NCBI GenBank assembly: GCA_040222015.1
Contig: JAVJWO010000210.1
Coordinates: 1 to 62,674, forward strand
DNA length: 62,674 bases
DNA from: Coleofasciculus chthonoplastes F2-STO-03
GTDB taxonomy: Bacteria > Cyanobacteriota > Cyanobacteriia > Cyanobacteriales > Coleofasciculaceae
Direction of reading: 5' to 3'
Part shown: one piece after another, positions 32,542-43,500 of the stretch
Numbering within the stretch: the first letter of the stretch is position 1
How the letters are laid out: the number at the start of each line of letters is the position of its first letter
Notes under the pieces: generated by a model
What the model saw: only the letters and a program-made list of their open reading frames with translations
The model's database searches: none
Told to the model about the DNA's origin: nothing
Made by a program: the position numbers and the translations under genes

Positions 32542-33498
32542 TCAATCATAGATTAGAGCGCGGGCTTCTCCATCCCGTTTCCGAGACTTCGCGTTTTTGA
32601 GTGAGGCGATGCCCAACCCCACTTTTTTAATCAAAATACCTGAACACAAGTCTCTGGGCATAGATGCACCGCAATGAGGGCAGTCATGCCAACGCTCTGA
32701 CAGAGACTTAGAGACTCGGTTTAAGCAAACAGCACAATGCTGAGATGTCCCCGCAGGATTCACTTTGATTACCCGCTTACCAGCTTTTTCAGCTTTGTCA
32801 GGCAGTATTTCATTGAGGAATCCTGCTATCCCTGCATCTGCGAAACTCTTGTTCAACCCTGACTTAGCAGATTGACCATTAGGAAGAAAGCTACCCTCCT
32901 CATCCTGCTTGGGTTTATTGCGCCGAGCCATATTAGAAACCTTGAGATCTTCGATAAAAACCACATCGGCTCTATCTAATAGTTGTCCGGCTACTTCGTA
33001 GTGCCATTGCTTTCGTTGCCGAACAATACGCTGGTGCAGCCTAGCAATCCGTTGATTGAGCTTTCGTCTTGCCTTAGACCCAATTGCCCTTAAATCTCTT
33101 TTGCTCTGGAGTTTGCCCAGGTTATTTTCAGATTGGCGGTAGAACTTTGGTGGCTTAACCAACGTCCCATCGGAACAAGCAGCAAAATACTCCAAACCAG
33201 CATCAACCCCCAAGCTATTATCTTCCGTTGGTTTAATGTCTACAGTTGGATTATTGGGAACTGACTTGTCCTCCAAGGTTAGTGTGACATACCAACCATC
33301 AGCCTTCTTGGTGATTAAAGCCCGTTTGATGATAAAACCATCGGGGGTAGGGCGATGCTGAATAAACTTGATTGCTCCAAACTTCGGGAAGATAATTCGA
33401 TTTCCCTGAAACTGACAACGCAACATATCGAGCCAACGAGTCAAACGACAACGTTGTTCGTAATTCGGCTTTAAACGGTACTGGTAGGAGGTGATCAT
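32542..33498 (-). CDS. tnpB: RNA-guided endonuclease TnpB, internally deleted
   Basis: HTH YQYRLKP, RuvC GVDAG / FIEDL / RD and Zn finger CAVC..CPHC. The helical region after LRCQ appears to be missing (318 aa). Confidence 0.9.
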   Translation of the reverse strand: MITSYQYRLKPNYEQRCRLTRWLDMLRCQFQGNRIIFPKFGAIKFIQHRPTPDGFIIKRALITKKADGWYVTLTLEDKSVPNNPTVDIKPTEDNSLGVDAGLEYFAACSDGTLVKPPKFYRQSENNLGKLQSKRDLRAIGSKARRKLNQRIARLHQRIVRQRKQWHYEVAGQLLDRADVVFIEDLKVSNMARRNKPKQDEEGSFLPNGQSAKSGLNKSFADAGIAGFLNEILPDKAEKAGKRVIKVNPAGTSQHCAVCLNRVSKSLSERWHDCPHCGASMPRDLCSGILIKKVGLGIASLKNAKSRKRDGEARALIYD

Positions 33499-33544
33499 CG
33501 GTTATGATTGTACTGTAATTTGCATACTATAACCCCAAATATCA

Positions 33545-33680
33545 ATGGCGACAATAACAATTAGACTTCCAGATCAAGAACTGAATGATCTAAAGAAATA
33601 TTGCCAACAGAACGACAGGACACAGACCGATGTAATTAGGGAATACATACATTAGAGGACTTGCAGATCGTACCGATTGA
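33545..33680 (+). pseudogene. CopG/RHH-like small regulator divergent from tnpB, frameshifted
   Basis: MATITIRLPDQELNDLKEYCQQNDRTQTDVIREY, then an ATAC duplication gives TAG at 33653. Removing it gives ...EYIRGLADRTD*. Confidence 0.7.
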
Positions 33681-33802
33681 CAATTCCGCTTCACTCCATT
33701 GTCGGGCTATCCTTCCCGACGCTGACCCTATCGGGTACAGCGCGGGGCTGTCGCCCAAAGCTCAAACTATTAGCAGCACCATTACCCGCCAACGCTAAAA
33801 AG

Positions 33803-34252
33803 TTACGCCTCAATTACTTCACAACTCCCGCCAGCCGCCTCAATTTTTTGGCGGGCGCTAGCCGTGAAGGCAGCAGCTTTAACATTTAGCGATACATTCA
33901 ACTCCCCGTCGCCCAGAATTTTCAGCGGTCCGTCGTTAGTGGTGACGATACCCGCTTCCATCAGTGACGATAATGTCACCTCTGTACTGGCAGGGAGTGA
34001 TGCCAACTTACCTACATTTATCGTAGTGTAATGTTTGGGATTAATCACCGTAAAGTGTTTTAGCTTAGGTAAGCGGCGGTACAAAGGCATCTGACCCCCT
34101 TCAAACCCCGGTCTTGTACCCCGACCTGATCGCGATTTTTGACCCCGCATGCCAAAGCCACAGCTAGCACCTTGACCCGCGCTAATCCCGCGACCAACAC
34201 GACGACGACGTTTCTTTGCACCTTTTTGGGGTGCTACAGTATGGATTCTCAT
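33803..34252 (-). CDS. rplO: 50S ribosomal protein L15
   Basis: RVGRG...[15 protein letters not shown]. Confidence 0.98.
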   Translation of the reverse strand: MRIHTVAPQKGAKKRRRRVGRGISAGQGASCGFGMRGQKSRSGRGTRPGFEGGQMPLYRRLPKLKHFTVINPKHYTTINVGKLASLPASTEVTLSSLMEAGIVTTNDGPLKILGDGELNVSLNVKAAAFTASARQKIEAAGGSCEVIEA

Positions 34253-34354
34253 AATTTAGATCGTGAACCTCAAAACTCTCTCATTTAGGGCGGATTTTGG
34301 ACAAAGGTTACTATTCATGGCGAAAAGCGAGTCCCTAAACCCGCCCCTACACAA

Positions 34355-34876
34355 TCAGACATAGAGCTTCTCAATCTCAACCCCGCGTTCTTGCGCCACT
34401 TCGGAAAAAGTCCGCAGAGCATCTAGGGCATTAACGGCAGCTCTGGCATTATTCAAGGGATTATTAGAACCCAATTGCTTGGCTAAAATATTACGAACCC
34501 CTGCCAATTCCAACACCGTCCGCACAGCGCCGCCGGCAATTACCCCTGTACCGGGTGCAGCAGGTCGTACCATAACCTTGGCACCAACAGCCGCTCCATT
34601 AGAGGGGTGAGGAATGGAATTCGACTTGGTTAACGGAACGTCGATGACTTGCTTTTTGGCATCGACAACCCCTTTGCGAACAGCGCCAATCACATCACTG
34701 GCTTTGCCCACACCAACGCCTACCTGACCACGCTCATTGCCAACGACAACGATGGCACGGAAACTTAATTTTTTACCGCCTTTGACCACCTTGCTAACCC
34801 GACGGATTTGAATAACCCGTTCTTGCCAGGCGCTGTCTTTTTCTTTAGCGCGGCTACTTTTGCGACGATTTGCCAT
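34355..34876 (-). CDS. rpsE: 30S ribosomal protein S5
   Basis: RVSKVVKGG...PGTGVIAGG. Confidence 0.98.
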   Translation of the reverse strand: MANRRKSSRAKEKDSAWQERVIQIRRVSKVVKGGKKLSFRAIVVVGNERGQVGVGVGKASDVIGAVRKGVVDAKKQVIDVPLTKSNSIPHPSNGAAVGAKVMVRPAAPGTGVIAGGAVRTVLELAGVRNILAKQLGSNNPLNNARAAVNALDALRTFSEVAQERGVEIEKLYV

Positions 34877-34901
34877 AATTTAAATTTTGCTTTACTTACT
34901 T

Positions 34902-35264
34902 CTAGAAGTTTAACCCAGCTTCACGCGCCGCTTCTGCCAAAGCTTTCACGCGACCATGGTAAAGGTTTCCTCCCCGGTCAAAAACAACCTGAGATATGCC
35001 TTTTTCCAATGCTCGCTGGGCAATTAACTGACCCACTTTAACCGAGGCGTCACAGGTGGCACCTGATTTTACCTCTGACTTCAGTCCAGGTTCTAAAGTA
35101 GAAGCTGCCACTAGGGTATGTTGCTGAAAATCATCAATAACCTGCACATAAATGTGCTGATTTGAGCGAAAGACCGCTAATCTTGGACGTTCAGCACTAC
35201 CTTGGACTGTCCGACGCACGCGCCGATGTCTACGGTGGACTGATTCTTTACGAGTAAGTTTCAT
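34902..35264 (-). CDS. rplR: 50S ribosomal protein L18
   Basis: [14 protein letters not shown]...[11 protein letters not shown]. Confidence 0.98.
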   Translation of the reverse strand: MKLTRKESVHRRHRRVRRTVQGSAERPRLAVFRSNQHIYVQVIDDFQQHTLVAASTLEPGLKSEVKSGATCDASVKVGQLIAQRALEKGISQVVFDRGGNLYHGRVKALAEAAREAGLNF

Positions 35265-35308
35265 GGTTTTCCTTGGGGATCTACTACTGGTACTCGTGTG
35301 TTTGACAT
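35261..35308 (-). pseudogene. 15-codon N-terminal remnant of iscB/isrB (start of the PLMP domain)
   Basis: [15 protein letters not shown] resembles the V.VVD..GKPLMP N-terminus; its TGA overlaps the rplR ATG (ATGA). Confidence 0.7.
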
Positions 35309-35324
35309 TTGGTATAACCCATAA

Positions 35325-35523
35325 ATGTTTTAGTCTCTTCGCCCAACTGCATTAGCGTGTCTTGGCTTTACCCAACGCTCTGACCACTAGAGCCTAGAGT
35401 GGTACAGACTAGAGAAGCATCTGTACGTCCGTAACTAATGCCGTCTCAACGGGCTATTCAACAGTTGCCTCACCGGAAGTGGTTCCGGCAATCCCCACCC
35501 GTCTTTACAGTGGGGTAGTTGAA
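35325..35523 (-). ncRNA. HEARO/omegaRNA-like scaffold of an IscB/IsrB (IS200/IS605) element
   Basis: The minus strand begins TTCAACTACCCCAC...GTGGGGATTG, then TTGAATAGCC, GATGCTTCTCTAGTC and GGGCGAAGAGAC, followed by the iscB-like start. Confidence 0.75.
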
Positions 35524-35525
35524 GG

Positions 35526-36065
35526 TTACTTCTTACCTGCTTTACCAGCTTTACGTCTAATCATTTCACCGGCATAGCGAATGCCTTTCCCTTTATAAAC
35601 TTCAGGGGGACGCACCGCGCGAATTTTAGCCGCTGTGTTGCCGACGATTTCTTTATTGATCCCGCTAACAATCACGTTAGTATTCCCTTCAACGGCTAGC
35701 TGCACGTCTTGGGGAGGGACAATTTCCACGGGTTGACTGTATCCGACATTCAGAATTAAGTTACGTCCTTGAACTTGGGCGCGATAACCGACACCTTGGA
35801 TTTCTAAACGTCTCTGAAAGCCTTGGGAAACTCCTTCAACCATGTTGGCAACCAGGGTACGAGACAATCCGTGGCGCTGACGGGCAAGTCTGGATTCATC
35901 CCGTCGCCGCACTTGAATGGTTTCGCCTTCTTGTTCAACGGTGACTTGTTTCGGTAGAACTCGTTGGAGTTCTCCTTTGGGTCCTTTGACGGTAACCTGT
36001 TGACCTTCAATGGTCACGGTCACTTTATTGGGAATTGTTATCGGGCGTTTGCCAATACGCGACAT
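35526..36065 (-). CDS. rplF: 50S ribosomal protein L6
   Basis: MSRIGKRP...[11 protein letters not shown]. Confidence 0.98.
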   Translation of the reverse strand: MSRIGKRPITIPNKVTVTIEGQQVTVKGPKGELQRVLPKQVTVEQEGETIQVRRRDESRLARQRHGLSRTLVANMVEGVSQGFQRRLEIQGVGYRAQVQGRNLILNVGYSQPVEIVPPQDVQLAVEGNTNVIVSGINKEIVGNTAAKIRAVRPPEVYKGKGIRYAGEMIRRKAGKAGKK

Positions 36066-36128
36066 AATTTTATACTCCTTATCCGGGCAAAAGAATTCAA
36101 AAGAGCTGAAGTGCTGATTTGATCCGTG

Positions 36129-36530
36129 CTACCAGATGTAACACAGCACTTCACCACCAACTCCTTGTCGTCGGGCTTCCCGGTCAGTCATGATGCCACT
36201 GGACGTGGAAATAATCGCAATCCCAATACCACCCAGAACTCGCGGTAATTCCTTGCGGTTTTTGTAAACTCTGAGACCGGGTTTACTCACCCGTTTCAGC
36301 GCTCGGATAATAGGTTGACGAGTTTTTCCTTTGTATTTCAAAGAAATCACTAAGTATTTTTTGATGCCTTCTCCAGCTTCTTCAAACTCGGCAATAAAAC
36401 CTTCCTCTCTCAAGACCTGGGCAATTGCACGGGTCATTTTTGTTGCTGGGACATTTGTTGTTTGATGCCGCACCAAGCACGCATTCCGAATGCGGGTCAG
36501 CATATCTGCAATTGTATCGTTTGCCGCCAT
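36129..36530 (-). CDS. rpsH: 30S ribosomal protein S8
   Basis: [13 protein letters not shown]...SKPGLRVY. Confidence 0.98.
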   Translation of the reverse strand: MAANDTIADMLTRIRNACLVRHQTTNVPATKMTRAIAQVLREEGFIAEFEEAGEGIKKYLVISLKYKGKTRQPIIRALKRVSKPGLRVYKNRKELPRVLGGIGIAIISTSSGIMTDREARRQGVGGEVLCYIW

Positions 36531-36554
36531 TAGTTCCTTCCTATTCTTACAGGC

Positions 36555-37100
36555 TTATTTCTCCCGGAAAGGCATTCCCATCTCTTTGAGTAAAGCGCGA
36601 CCCTCTTCATCGGTGTTTGCGGTTGTGATAATTGAAATATCCATGCCACGAATTTGATCGATACTGTCGTAGTCTATTTCCGGGAAAATCAGTTGTTCTC
36701 GGATGCCTAAGGTGTAGTTACCGCGACCATCGAAACTGCGAGGGCTGATCCCGCGAAAGTCACGAATTCGCGGCAGGGCTAAGCTAATTAGGCGATCCAA
36801 AAACGAGTACATCCGTTTCGATCGCAGGGTCACCATGACCCCCACGGGCATTCCTTCACGGATTTTAAATCCCGCGATCGCTTTTTTTGCACGGGTGACC
36901 ACAGGTTTTTGACCGGTAATGATCGCCAGTTCACTCAATGAGGATTCCAGGGCTTTCGCATTTTGAGAGGCTTCTCCTAATCCCCGGTTGACGGTGATTT
37001 TGGTCACACGCGGGACTTGATGGATGTTTGTATACCCAAACTGTTCTTTAAGTTTGGGAACAATTGTGTCTTGATAGAGTGTTTTCAATCGGTCAGACAT
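36555..37100 (-). CDS. rplE: 50S ribosomal protein L5
   Basis: ITGQKP...LPRIRDFRG...FDGRGNY. Confidence 0.98.
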   Translation of the reverse strand: MSDRLKTLYQDTIVPKLKEQFGYTNIHQVPRVTKITVNRGLGEASQNAKALESSLSELAIITGQKPVVTRAKKAIAGFKIREGMPVGVMVTLRSKRMYSFLDRLISLALPRIRDFRGISPRSFDGRGNYTLGIREQLIFPEIDYDSIDQIRGMDISIITTANTDEEGRALLKEMGMPFREK

Positions 37101-37255
37101 GGTGGTTATCCTTTTTCCCTGGGCTTGGTCAGGGGGTGTCCTTTGTCCTTTGTCCTTTGTCCTTTGTCATTTGTCCTTTGTCATTTGTCCTTTGTCATTT
37201 GTCCTTTGTCATTCGTCCTTTGTAATGACTCAAAGGACTTGACGAAGAGAAGATA

Positions 37256-37606
37256 TTAGTCGATGATTTCACCCGTTTTCTTCAGCATTCGTACCTTGCG
37301 TCCCTCTTCAGTCAAGGTATAACAGATACGACTTGCAACTTTTTGCTTTTCCGAATAAAGCATGACATTGGAACTGTGAATCGGGGATTCAATTGTAGCA
37401 ATTTGACCCGTTTCGCCTTCTTGCTGAGGCTTGACGTGTTTGGTTTTGACATTCACGCCTTTGACGACAACCTTACTGTCTTTCGGTAAGGTTTGCAGAA
37501 TTTCTCCGACCTTACCTTTATCGTGACCACTAATCACTTGCACAGTGTCGCCTTTTTTGATATGCATTTTGTAGCGCGGTGGCGCATTTTCTGTCTTTTT
37601 AGCCAT
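37256..37606 (-). CDS. rplX: 50S ribosomal protein L24
   Basis: KOW motif [16 protein letters not shown]. Confidence 0.98.
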   Translation of the reverse strand: MAKKTENAPPRYKMHIKKGDTVQVISGHDKGKVGEILQTLPKDSKVVVKGVNVKTKHVKPQQEGETGQIATIESPIHSSNVMLYSEKQKVASRICYTLTEEGRKVRMLKKTGEIID

Positions 37607-37974
37607 CAGAGTACCTCCGGCGCTAAGGACACAATTTTCGTGTAATTTCTTTCCCGTAGTTCTCGCGCTACTGGACCAAATACACGAGTTCCTCTGGGAT
37701 TACCTTCCGGGTTAATAATCACAGCCGCATTATCGTCAAAACGAATACTCATGCCGCTTTCCCGGCGCAATCCTTTACGAGTGCGGACAATAACCGCCCG
37801 AACAACATCGGACTTTTTAATTGCCATGTTAGGAATCGCATCCTTAACCACAGCAATAATCACGTCACCCACACTACCGTAACGTCGGTTTCCAGAACCG
37901 AGGACGCGAATGCACATTACTTTACGCGCACCGCTATTGTCAGCCACATTTAAATAGGTTTGTTGTTGAATCAT
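37606..37974 (-). CDS. rplN: 50S ribosomal protein L14
   Basis: VADNSGA...FDDNAAV...GTRVFGPV. Confidence 0.98.
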   Translation of the reverse strand: MIQQQTYLNVADNSGARKVMCIRVLGSGNRRYGSVGDVIIAVVKDAIPNMAIKKSDVVRAVIVRTRKGLRRESGMSIRFDDNAAVIINPEGNPRGTRVFGPVARELRERNYTKIVSLAPEVL

Positions 37975-38117
37975 CTGATTTGTGCTCTTGATTCAGAGTT
38001 ATGAGTTGTGAGGCAAGTCGGAGTGGATTTCACGATTATCGTTTCTCACCGATTCGTGAACATTTAAAACCCAAAACCAAGTTCCTTCGAGGGTGGCGAA
38101 GGGTCAATACGCCTTAA

Positions 38118-38366
38118 TTAAATTGAGGCCCTATTGAGAATATCCGTAACCTGCCAGCGTTTCGTGCGACTGAGAGGTCGGGTTTCTTGAATGCGGACGC
38201 GATCGCCTTCTTGACAGCGATTTTCTTCATCGTGTGCCTTGTATCGCTTGGTATTGACAATGATTTTGCCGTACTTCGGGTGGGGCGATCGGTTTTCGAC
38301 AGCAACAACCACGGTTTTATCCATTTTGTTGCTCACAACCAAACCAACTCGTTCTTTTACTGCCAT
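38118..38366 (-). CDS. rpsQ: 30S ribosomal protein S17
   Basis: [11 protein letters not shown]...[11 protein letters not shown]. Confidence 0.98.
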   Translation of the reverse strand: MAVKERVGLVVSNKMDKTVVVAVENRSPHPKYGKIIVNTKRYKAHDEENRCQEGDRVRIQETRPLSRTKRWQVTDILNRASI

Positions 38367-38372
38367 CGTGAT

Positions 38373-38768
38373 TTACTCCTCTTCTTTTGCCTCAGATGGT
38401 GAGGATTCAGGGGTGACTTCAGTCGCCTCGGGTTCACTCACTGACTCTTGCTCATCGGCTTGAACCGACTCTTCCACCTCGGCTTGAGTGGGTTGAGTCG
38501 TGGCTGTAGCCGTTGTCGCGGCATCGGCTGAATCACTCACCGTTTGTGGGGTTGTCTCTTCAGACACTGCTGCCAATTGCCGCTCTCGCGCGACAGTCAT
38601 CATCTGAGAAATGCGATGTTTGAGATGCTTAAACTGATGGGGTTTTTCCAAACGGCGGGTGGCTTGTTGCAACCGCAGTTCAAATAGCTCACGCTTGGCA
38701 GCTAAAATTTCATCCGCTAACTCTTGATCGCTTAAGGTTCTGGCGTCGTCTATTTTGGGCAAAGGCAT
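38373..38768 (-). CDS. rpmC: 50S ribosomal protein L29 with acidic C-terminal extension
   Basis: L29 core (ELFELRLQQAT..LEKPH) plus an E/S/T/A-rich tail of about 65 aa. Confidence 0.95.
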   Translation of the reverse strand: MPLPKIDDARTLSDQELADEILAAKRELFELRLQQATRRLEKPHQFKHLKHRISQMMTVARERQLAAVSEETTPQTVSDSADAATTATATTQPTQAEVEESVQADEQESVSEPEATEVTPESSPSEAKEEE

Positions 38769-38774
38769 AAATAC

Positions 38775-39188
38775 TTATTCCCCTTCACGAGTAACGAACT
38801 TTGTTTTAATGGGAAATTTGTTAGCCGCTAGACGCATGGCTTCGCGGGCAAGGGGTTCGGGAACACCAGCGATTTCATAGAGAATTCGACCGGGTTTAAC
38901 CACAGCTACCCAATATTCAGGTGACCCTTTCCCGGAACCCATACGAGTTTCAGCGGGACGCATGGTCACAGGTTTATCTGGAAACACGCGAATCCAGATT
39001 TTTCCGCCCCGGCGAATATAGCGAGTCATGGCTCGACGACCGGCTTCAATTTGACGAGCCGTAATCCAGGACGGTTCAGTCGCTTGCAAGCCAAAGTCCC
39101 CAAAATTGAGGGAGTTGCCGCGAGTCGCTTGACCTCTCATCCGCCCGCGATGCTGTTTGCGGAATTTTGTTCGTTTAGGACTTAACAT
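38775..39188 (-). CDS. rplP: 50S ribosomal protein L16
   Basis: [12 protein letters not shown]...RMGSGKG. Confidence 0.98.
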   Translation of the reverse strand: MLSPKRTKFRKQHRGRMRGQATRGNSLNFGDFGLQATEPSWITARQIEAGRRAMTRYIRRGGKIWIRVFPDKPVTMRPAETRMGSGKGSPEYWVAVVKPGRILYEIAGVPEPLAREAMRLAANKFPIKTKFVTREGE

Positions 39189-39282
39189 AGTTATTTTTGT
39201 CCGTTATCGGTTATTCGTGGTTGTTTATCGTTTGCCCGTTGTCACCTCACCCCAGACAAAGGACAAATGACTCTTCAAATGA

Positions 39283-40008
39283 CTATTCATTAGAACGATC
39301 TTCAAATTGCTGGCGACGCCGTTGTTGACGACGACGGGGTTGAGCCGTTGGCGGGGGAGCGACTTCTTCGGTAGACGGAATGATTTCGCCTTTGAAGATC
39401 CAGACTTTCACACCGAGAATCCCGTAGATGGTGCTAGCGGTACGGTAGGAATAATCAATATCCGCTCGCAGGGTATGTAGGGGAACTCGACCTTCACGAG
39501 TCCACTCCGTTCGCGCAATTTCAGCACCATTCAGGCGACCACTCACTTGCACTTTGATGCCTTGGACATCTGCCCGTTGCGCCCGTTGAATCGCTTGACG
39601 GACAACTCGACGGAAGGATACCCGGCGTTCGAGCTGTTGGGCAATGTACTCGGCAATTAGCTCCGCATCGGCATCCACCCGGGCGACTTCAATGACATTG
39701 ATGCGAATTTGACGATTGCTCCCTAAAAGGTCTTGGAGACCTGTACGCAAGGATTCAATGCCACTACCGCCACGACCAACCACGACACCAGGTCGCGCTG
39801 TATGGACTTCTAAATCAATTTGATCGGCTTTGCGTTCGATCCGGATCATCGAAATTCCGGCGTTACTCAGATTTTTTTCGACGTATTGTCGGATGATGTA
39901 GTCCTCTTGCAGGACTTCTGGGTAACGCTTGGTATCAGCAAACCAACAGGAGCGATGCTCTTGAGTGATACCTAAGCGAAAACCAATTGGATGAATTTTT
40001 TGTCCCAC
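39283..40008 (-). CDS. rpsC: 30S ribosomal protein S3
   Basis: GTG start; [12 protein letters not shown]...[10 protein letters not shown]. Confidence 0.98.
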   Translation of the reverse strand: MGQKIHPIGFRLGITQEHRSCWFADTKRYPEVLQEDYIIRQYVEKNLSNAGISMIRIERKADQIDLEVHTARPGVVVGRGGSGIESLRTGLQDLLGSNRQIRINVIEVARVDADAELIAEYIAQQLERRVSFRRVVRQAIQRAQRADVQGIKVQVSGRLNGAEIARTEWTREGRVPLHTLRADIDYSYRTASTIYGILGVKVWIFKGEIIPSTEEVAPPPTAQPRRRQQRRRQQFEDRSNE

Positions 40009-40067
40009 GAAACCTTCCTTTACTTTGTGTTTGTCCGTTGTCAATCGTGATCATTGATAACGATTAA

Positions 40068-40430
40068 CTAGTCCTCAACTTGGGGTGAAACCGCCACCGT
40101 TATATGACAAGTTGGCTTGCGAATCTGATAAGCTCGACCTTGGGCTCTGGGGCGATAGCGCCTAAAGCTGGGTCCCATATCAGCAGAAGCATGGCTAATC
40201 ACCAAGTTTGTTGGATCTAAACCCGCATTATGTTCGGCATTCGCCACGGCGGATCGTAGGACTTTCAGCACGGGTTCGCACGCCCGGTAGGGCATAAATT
40301 CTAGAATAATCAGGGCTTCGCGGTAGGAACGTCCGCGAATCTGATCAAGAACCCGCCTAACTTTCAAGGGGGACATACGAATGTAACGTGCGATCGCTTT
40401 GGTTTCTACTGTCGTATCTATCGTCGCCAT
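40068..40430 (-). CDS. rplV: 50S ribosomal protein L22
   Basis: [10 protein letters not shown]...PRAQGRA. Confidence 0.98.
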   Translation of the reverse strand: MATIDTTVETKAIARYIRMSPLKVRRVLDQIRGRSYREALIILEFMPYRACEPVLKVLRSAVANAEHNAGLDPTNLVISHASADMGPSFRRYRPRAQGRAYQIRKPTCHITVAVSPQVED

Positions 40431-40499
40431 AGTTTTTGTGATCTCTAATGGGGAAGAGCGAGATAAAAGCTGCCAACTCCGCGAACAGCATCGTGCCGA

Positions 40500-40775
40500 T
40501 TAACGCGCCCGGCGATCACTTTTAGAATGACCGCGAAAGGTACGAGTTGGGGCAAATTCGCCCAGTTTATGCCCCACCATCTGCTCATTGATAAAAATCG
40601 GCACATGGGTTCTGCCATTATGAACGGCGATGGTATGACCCACCATTTGCGGCAGAATGGTTGAGGCGCGTGACCAGGTTTTAATCACCTGCTTTTCGCC
40701 TTTAGTATTTAAGGCTTCAATCTTACTCAGAAGACTGTCGGCAATAAATGGACCTTTTTTTAACGAACGACCCAT
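40500..40775 (-). CDS. rpsS: 30S ribosomal protein S19
   Basis: RSLKKGPF...[11 protein letters not shown]. Confidence 0.98.
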   Translation of the reverse strand: MGRSLKKGPFIADSLLSKIEALNTKGEKQVIKTWSRASTILPQMVGHTIAVHNGRTHVPIFINEQMVGHKLGEFAPTRTFRGHSKSDRRAR

Positions 40776-40815
40776 AATCTCAACATTGTAAATGGTCAGT
40801 GATTGGATACAAGCG

Positions 40816-41679
40816 TTAAGCTTGACGCCCACCCCGTCCTCGCTTCGAGGATTTGCGCCGACGGCGGACAACTAAAGCCGTGCTTTGTTTTTTCGGCTTC
40901 CGAGTTTTAGCACCCAAAGTGGGTTTACCCCATGGTGTGACTGGACCTGATCGACCAATAGGCGCTCTACCTTCGCCACCACCGTGGGGATGATCCACCG
41001 GGTTCATGACGCTTCCTCTGACTTTAGGACGGCGTCCCAAGCGACGGCTACGACCGGCTTTCCCTAAACTGAGGTTACGAGCATCACTATTCCCAACCTG
41101 TCCAATCGTGGCATAGCAATTTCGCTGCACCATGCGAACTTCCGTCGAGGGTAACTTCAGCGTGACATACTTTCCTTCTTTGGCAACGACTTGGGCACTC
41201 ACCCCAGCCGCACGGACGATTTGACCGCCTTTTCCGGGTACCATTTCTACGTTATGCACGCTGGTTCCTAGAGGGATATTGCTCAGAGGTAAAGCATTAC
41301 CCACCTCAATCGGAGCATCGGGTCCAGAAATCACAGATGCGCCCACTTCTAAACCAGCCGGATGCAAAATATAGCGTTTTTCGCCATCCTGATAGTAAAG
41401 CAGGGCAATCCGGGCGTTCCGGTTCGGGTCATATTCAATGGATGCTACTTTAGCCGGAATATTGTGCTTGTTCCGGTGAAAGTCGATGATGCGATAGAGG
41501 CGCTTGTGTCCACCTCCCCGACGCCGACTGGTAATCACCCCCCGATTATTGCGACCCTTGGGACGGTGATTAGATGTCGTTAGCGATTTTTCTGGTTCAT
41601 CGCGGGTAATCTCGGCAAAGTCTGAGATCGTAACCTGACGGGTACTAGGTGTATAGGGTTTATAACTACGAGTTCCCAT
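40816..41679 (-). CDS. rplB: 50S ribosomal protein L2
   Basis: EYDPNR...[13 protein letters not shown]. Confidence 0.98.
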   Translation of the reverse strand: MGTRSYKPYTPSTRQVTISDFAEITRDEPEKSLTTSNHRPKGRNNRGVITSRRRGGGHKRLYRIIDFHRNKHNIPAKVASIEYDPNRNARIALLYYQDGEKRYILHPAGLEVGASVISGPDAPIEVGNALPLSNIPLGTSVHNVEMVPGKGGQIVRAAGVSAQVVAKEGKYVTLKLPSTEVRMVQRNCYATIGQVGNSDARNLSLGKAGRSRRLGRRPKVRGSVMNPVDHPHGGGEGRAPIGRSGPVTPWGKPTLGAKTRKPKKQSTALVVRRRRKSSKRGRGGRQA

Positions 41680-41839
41680 AAAACTATCCTTTATTTGTCA
41701 TTTGTCATTCGTCTTATGTCATTCGTCTTATGTCTTATGTCCCTGAAAACTCGGTCGGGGCGGGTTTAGTTGCATCTGGATTGGGTAATAAAAGATAGTA
41801 GTCAAACCCGCCCCTACACATTCAACACTCACCATTGTT

Positions 41840-42145
41840 TTATACGTCTGGGAACAGGGTAATTGAGTCTTCAGGCGCTAAGGTGACAATTGCCCGTTTA
41901 TATTGGGGCTTGTACCCGATAAATCTGCCGACGCGACGCTTTCTGCGAGGTGGCATTAAGGTATTTACACCCGTAACTTTGACATCAAAAAGGCTTTCTA
42001 TTGCCGCTTTGATTTCAGGTTTAGTGGCTTTGGGAACAACATCAAAGACGTATTTGTTATCTTCTAGTAGCAACGTGGCTTTTTCCGTCACAATTGGGCA
42101 AAGCACCATGTCTGCCAGGTCGCGGGGGTTAGTAGATTTAGTCAC
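41840..42145 (-). CDS. rplW: 50S ribosomal protein L23
   Basis: PIVTEKA...KRAIVTL; GTG start. Confidence 0.96.
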   Translation of the reverse strand: MTKSTNPRDLADMVLCPIVTEKATLLLEDNKYVFDVVPKATKPEIKAAIESLFDVKVTGVNTLMPPRRKRRVGRFIGYKPQYKRAIVTLAPEDSITLFPDV

Positions 42146-42770
42146 TGTAAACCTCCTGAATTTTGGCAAGGGCTGTATTGGTGGTGACAATTTTGTCAGC
42201 GTTCAATACATCGTAGACATTTAAGCTGTCAGCATAGATTAGCTTGAGGCTTGGCACATTACGCGCTGACAAATAAACCTGCTGTGCGGGTTGCGGTAGA
42301 ATCAAAAGGACTTTCTGATTGGGATTAATTCCCCAACGCGCGATCGCGTCCATCAAGTCTTTGGTTTTAGGACGGGGCAGTTGATCGGCAAACTCTTCGA
42401 CCACAATCATATCCTCAGCTCGACCCTGCAATGCTGTTCGCAGTGCTAAGCGCCGCTCTTTGCGGTTCATCTTCAGGTTATGATCTCTAGGCTTGGGACC
42501 AAAGATGATGCCCCCACCTCGCCACAAGGGTGAGCGATTTGTGCCAGCCCGAGCGCGACCTGTTCCTTTTTGCCGCCACGGTTTACGTCCGCCCCCTCTA
42601 ACTTCGGCGCGGGTTTTCGTGGATGCGGTTCCTTGACGAGCATTGGTCATTTGTCTAACTAATGCTCGATGAACAATGTGAGACGCACTATCTTCTTTGG
42701 CGACTTTCAGCTCTAGGGTTGCCTGTCCCACTTCTTCCCCTTGCCAGTTTCGCACTATACAATCGACCAT
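42138..42770 (-). CDS. rplD: 50S ribosomal protein L4
   Basis: RQGTAST...[12 protein letters not shown]. Confidence 0.98.
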   Translation of the reverse strand: MVDCIVRNWQGEEVGQATLELKVAKEDSASHIVHRALVRQMTNARQGTASTKTRAEVRGGGRKPWRQKGTGRARAGTNRSPLWRGGGIIFGPKPRDHNLKMNRKERRLALRTALQGRAEDMIVVEEFADQLPRPKTKDLMDAIARWGINPNQKVLLILPQPAQQVYLSARNVPSLKLIYADSLNVYDVLNADKIVTTNTALAKIQEVYSD

Positions 42771-42864
42771 AGTTTTTAGTCCTTAGTCTTTATTCTGGTT
42801 GTTCATAATTCATCGGTGGGTATAAACAATGAATAATGAACAATCAACAATCAACAATGCATGA

Positions 42865-43500
42865 CTATCGCCCGACTTTATTCGTGGGTGCAATATTTAA
42901 AAGCGCTCCTGGCTTACCGGGAACTGCCCCTTTAATAATCAGTAGGTTTCGCTCTGTGTCTACGCGCACCACCTGTAGTTTGCGAATGGTCTGACGTTTA
43001 CCGCCATAACGACCTGCCATTTTCTTCCCGGGGAAGGTACGACCGGGCGTTGTTCCGGCACCAGTGGAACCGGGTAAGCGGTGGTTTTTTGAACCATGCG
43101 CCATAGGTCCGCGCTTAAAGTTATGGCGTTTTTGATAGCCAGCAAAGCCGCGACCAATTGTATTACCAGAGACATCGACCAGTTGACCCGCACTAAATAT
43201 TTCGGCATTAATAACTTGACCGAGTTGAAATTCGTCGGTGTTATCTAGGCGATATTCGCGCAGGTGACGTAAGGGGGGAGCCTCAGATTTGGCTAAATGC
43301 CCCTTTTCTGGCTTATTGACTGCCTTGTCTTTAACTTCGTGATAGCCCAGTTGCACAGCACTGTAGCCATCCGTTTGCTTGGTTTTGATTTGAGTCACCC
43401 GACAAGGACCAGCTTGAACGACTGTGACAGGAAGGGCGCGTCCTTCCTCGTCAAAGACTTGGGTCATGCCGAGTTTCGTGCCGAGGATACCGACAGACAC
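42865..43500 (-). CDS. rplC: 50S ribosomal protein L3
   Basis: GTG start; [11 protein letters not shown]...GRGFAG...HGSKNHR. Confidence 0.98.
   Translation of the reverse strand: MSVGILGTKLGMTQVFDEEGRALPVTVVQAGPCRVTQIKTKQTDGYSAVQLGYHEVKDKAVNKPEKGHLAKSEAPPLRHLREYRLDNTDEFQLGQVINAEIFSAGQLVDVSGNTIGRGFAGYQKRHNFKRGPMAHGSKNHRLPGSTGAGTTPGRTFPGKKMAGRYGGKRQTIRKLQVVRVDTERNLLIIKGAVPGKPGALLNIAPTNKVGR

Larger units (their letters stand above)
32353..33761 (-). mobile_element. IS200/IS605-family (IS1341-like, tnpB-only) element between rplO and secY
   Basis: Left-end hairpin at about 33715-33748, preceded by TTGA on the minus strand; tnpB; right-end-like hairpins ending GTCAC (about 32525) and GTCAA (32353). 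Confidence 0.85.

Noticed and set aside
23712..43500. Absence of rpsJ, rpsN, rpmD and rpsD from the ribosomal cluster; short-LID adenylate kinase
   Set aside because: This is the normal cyanobacterial arrangement.
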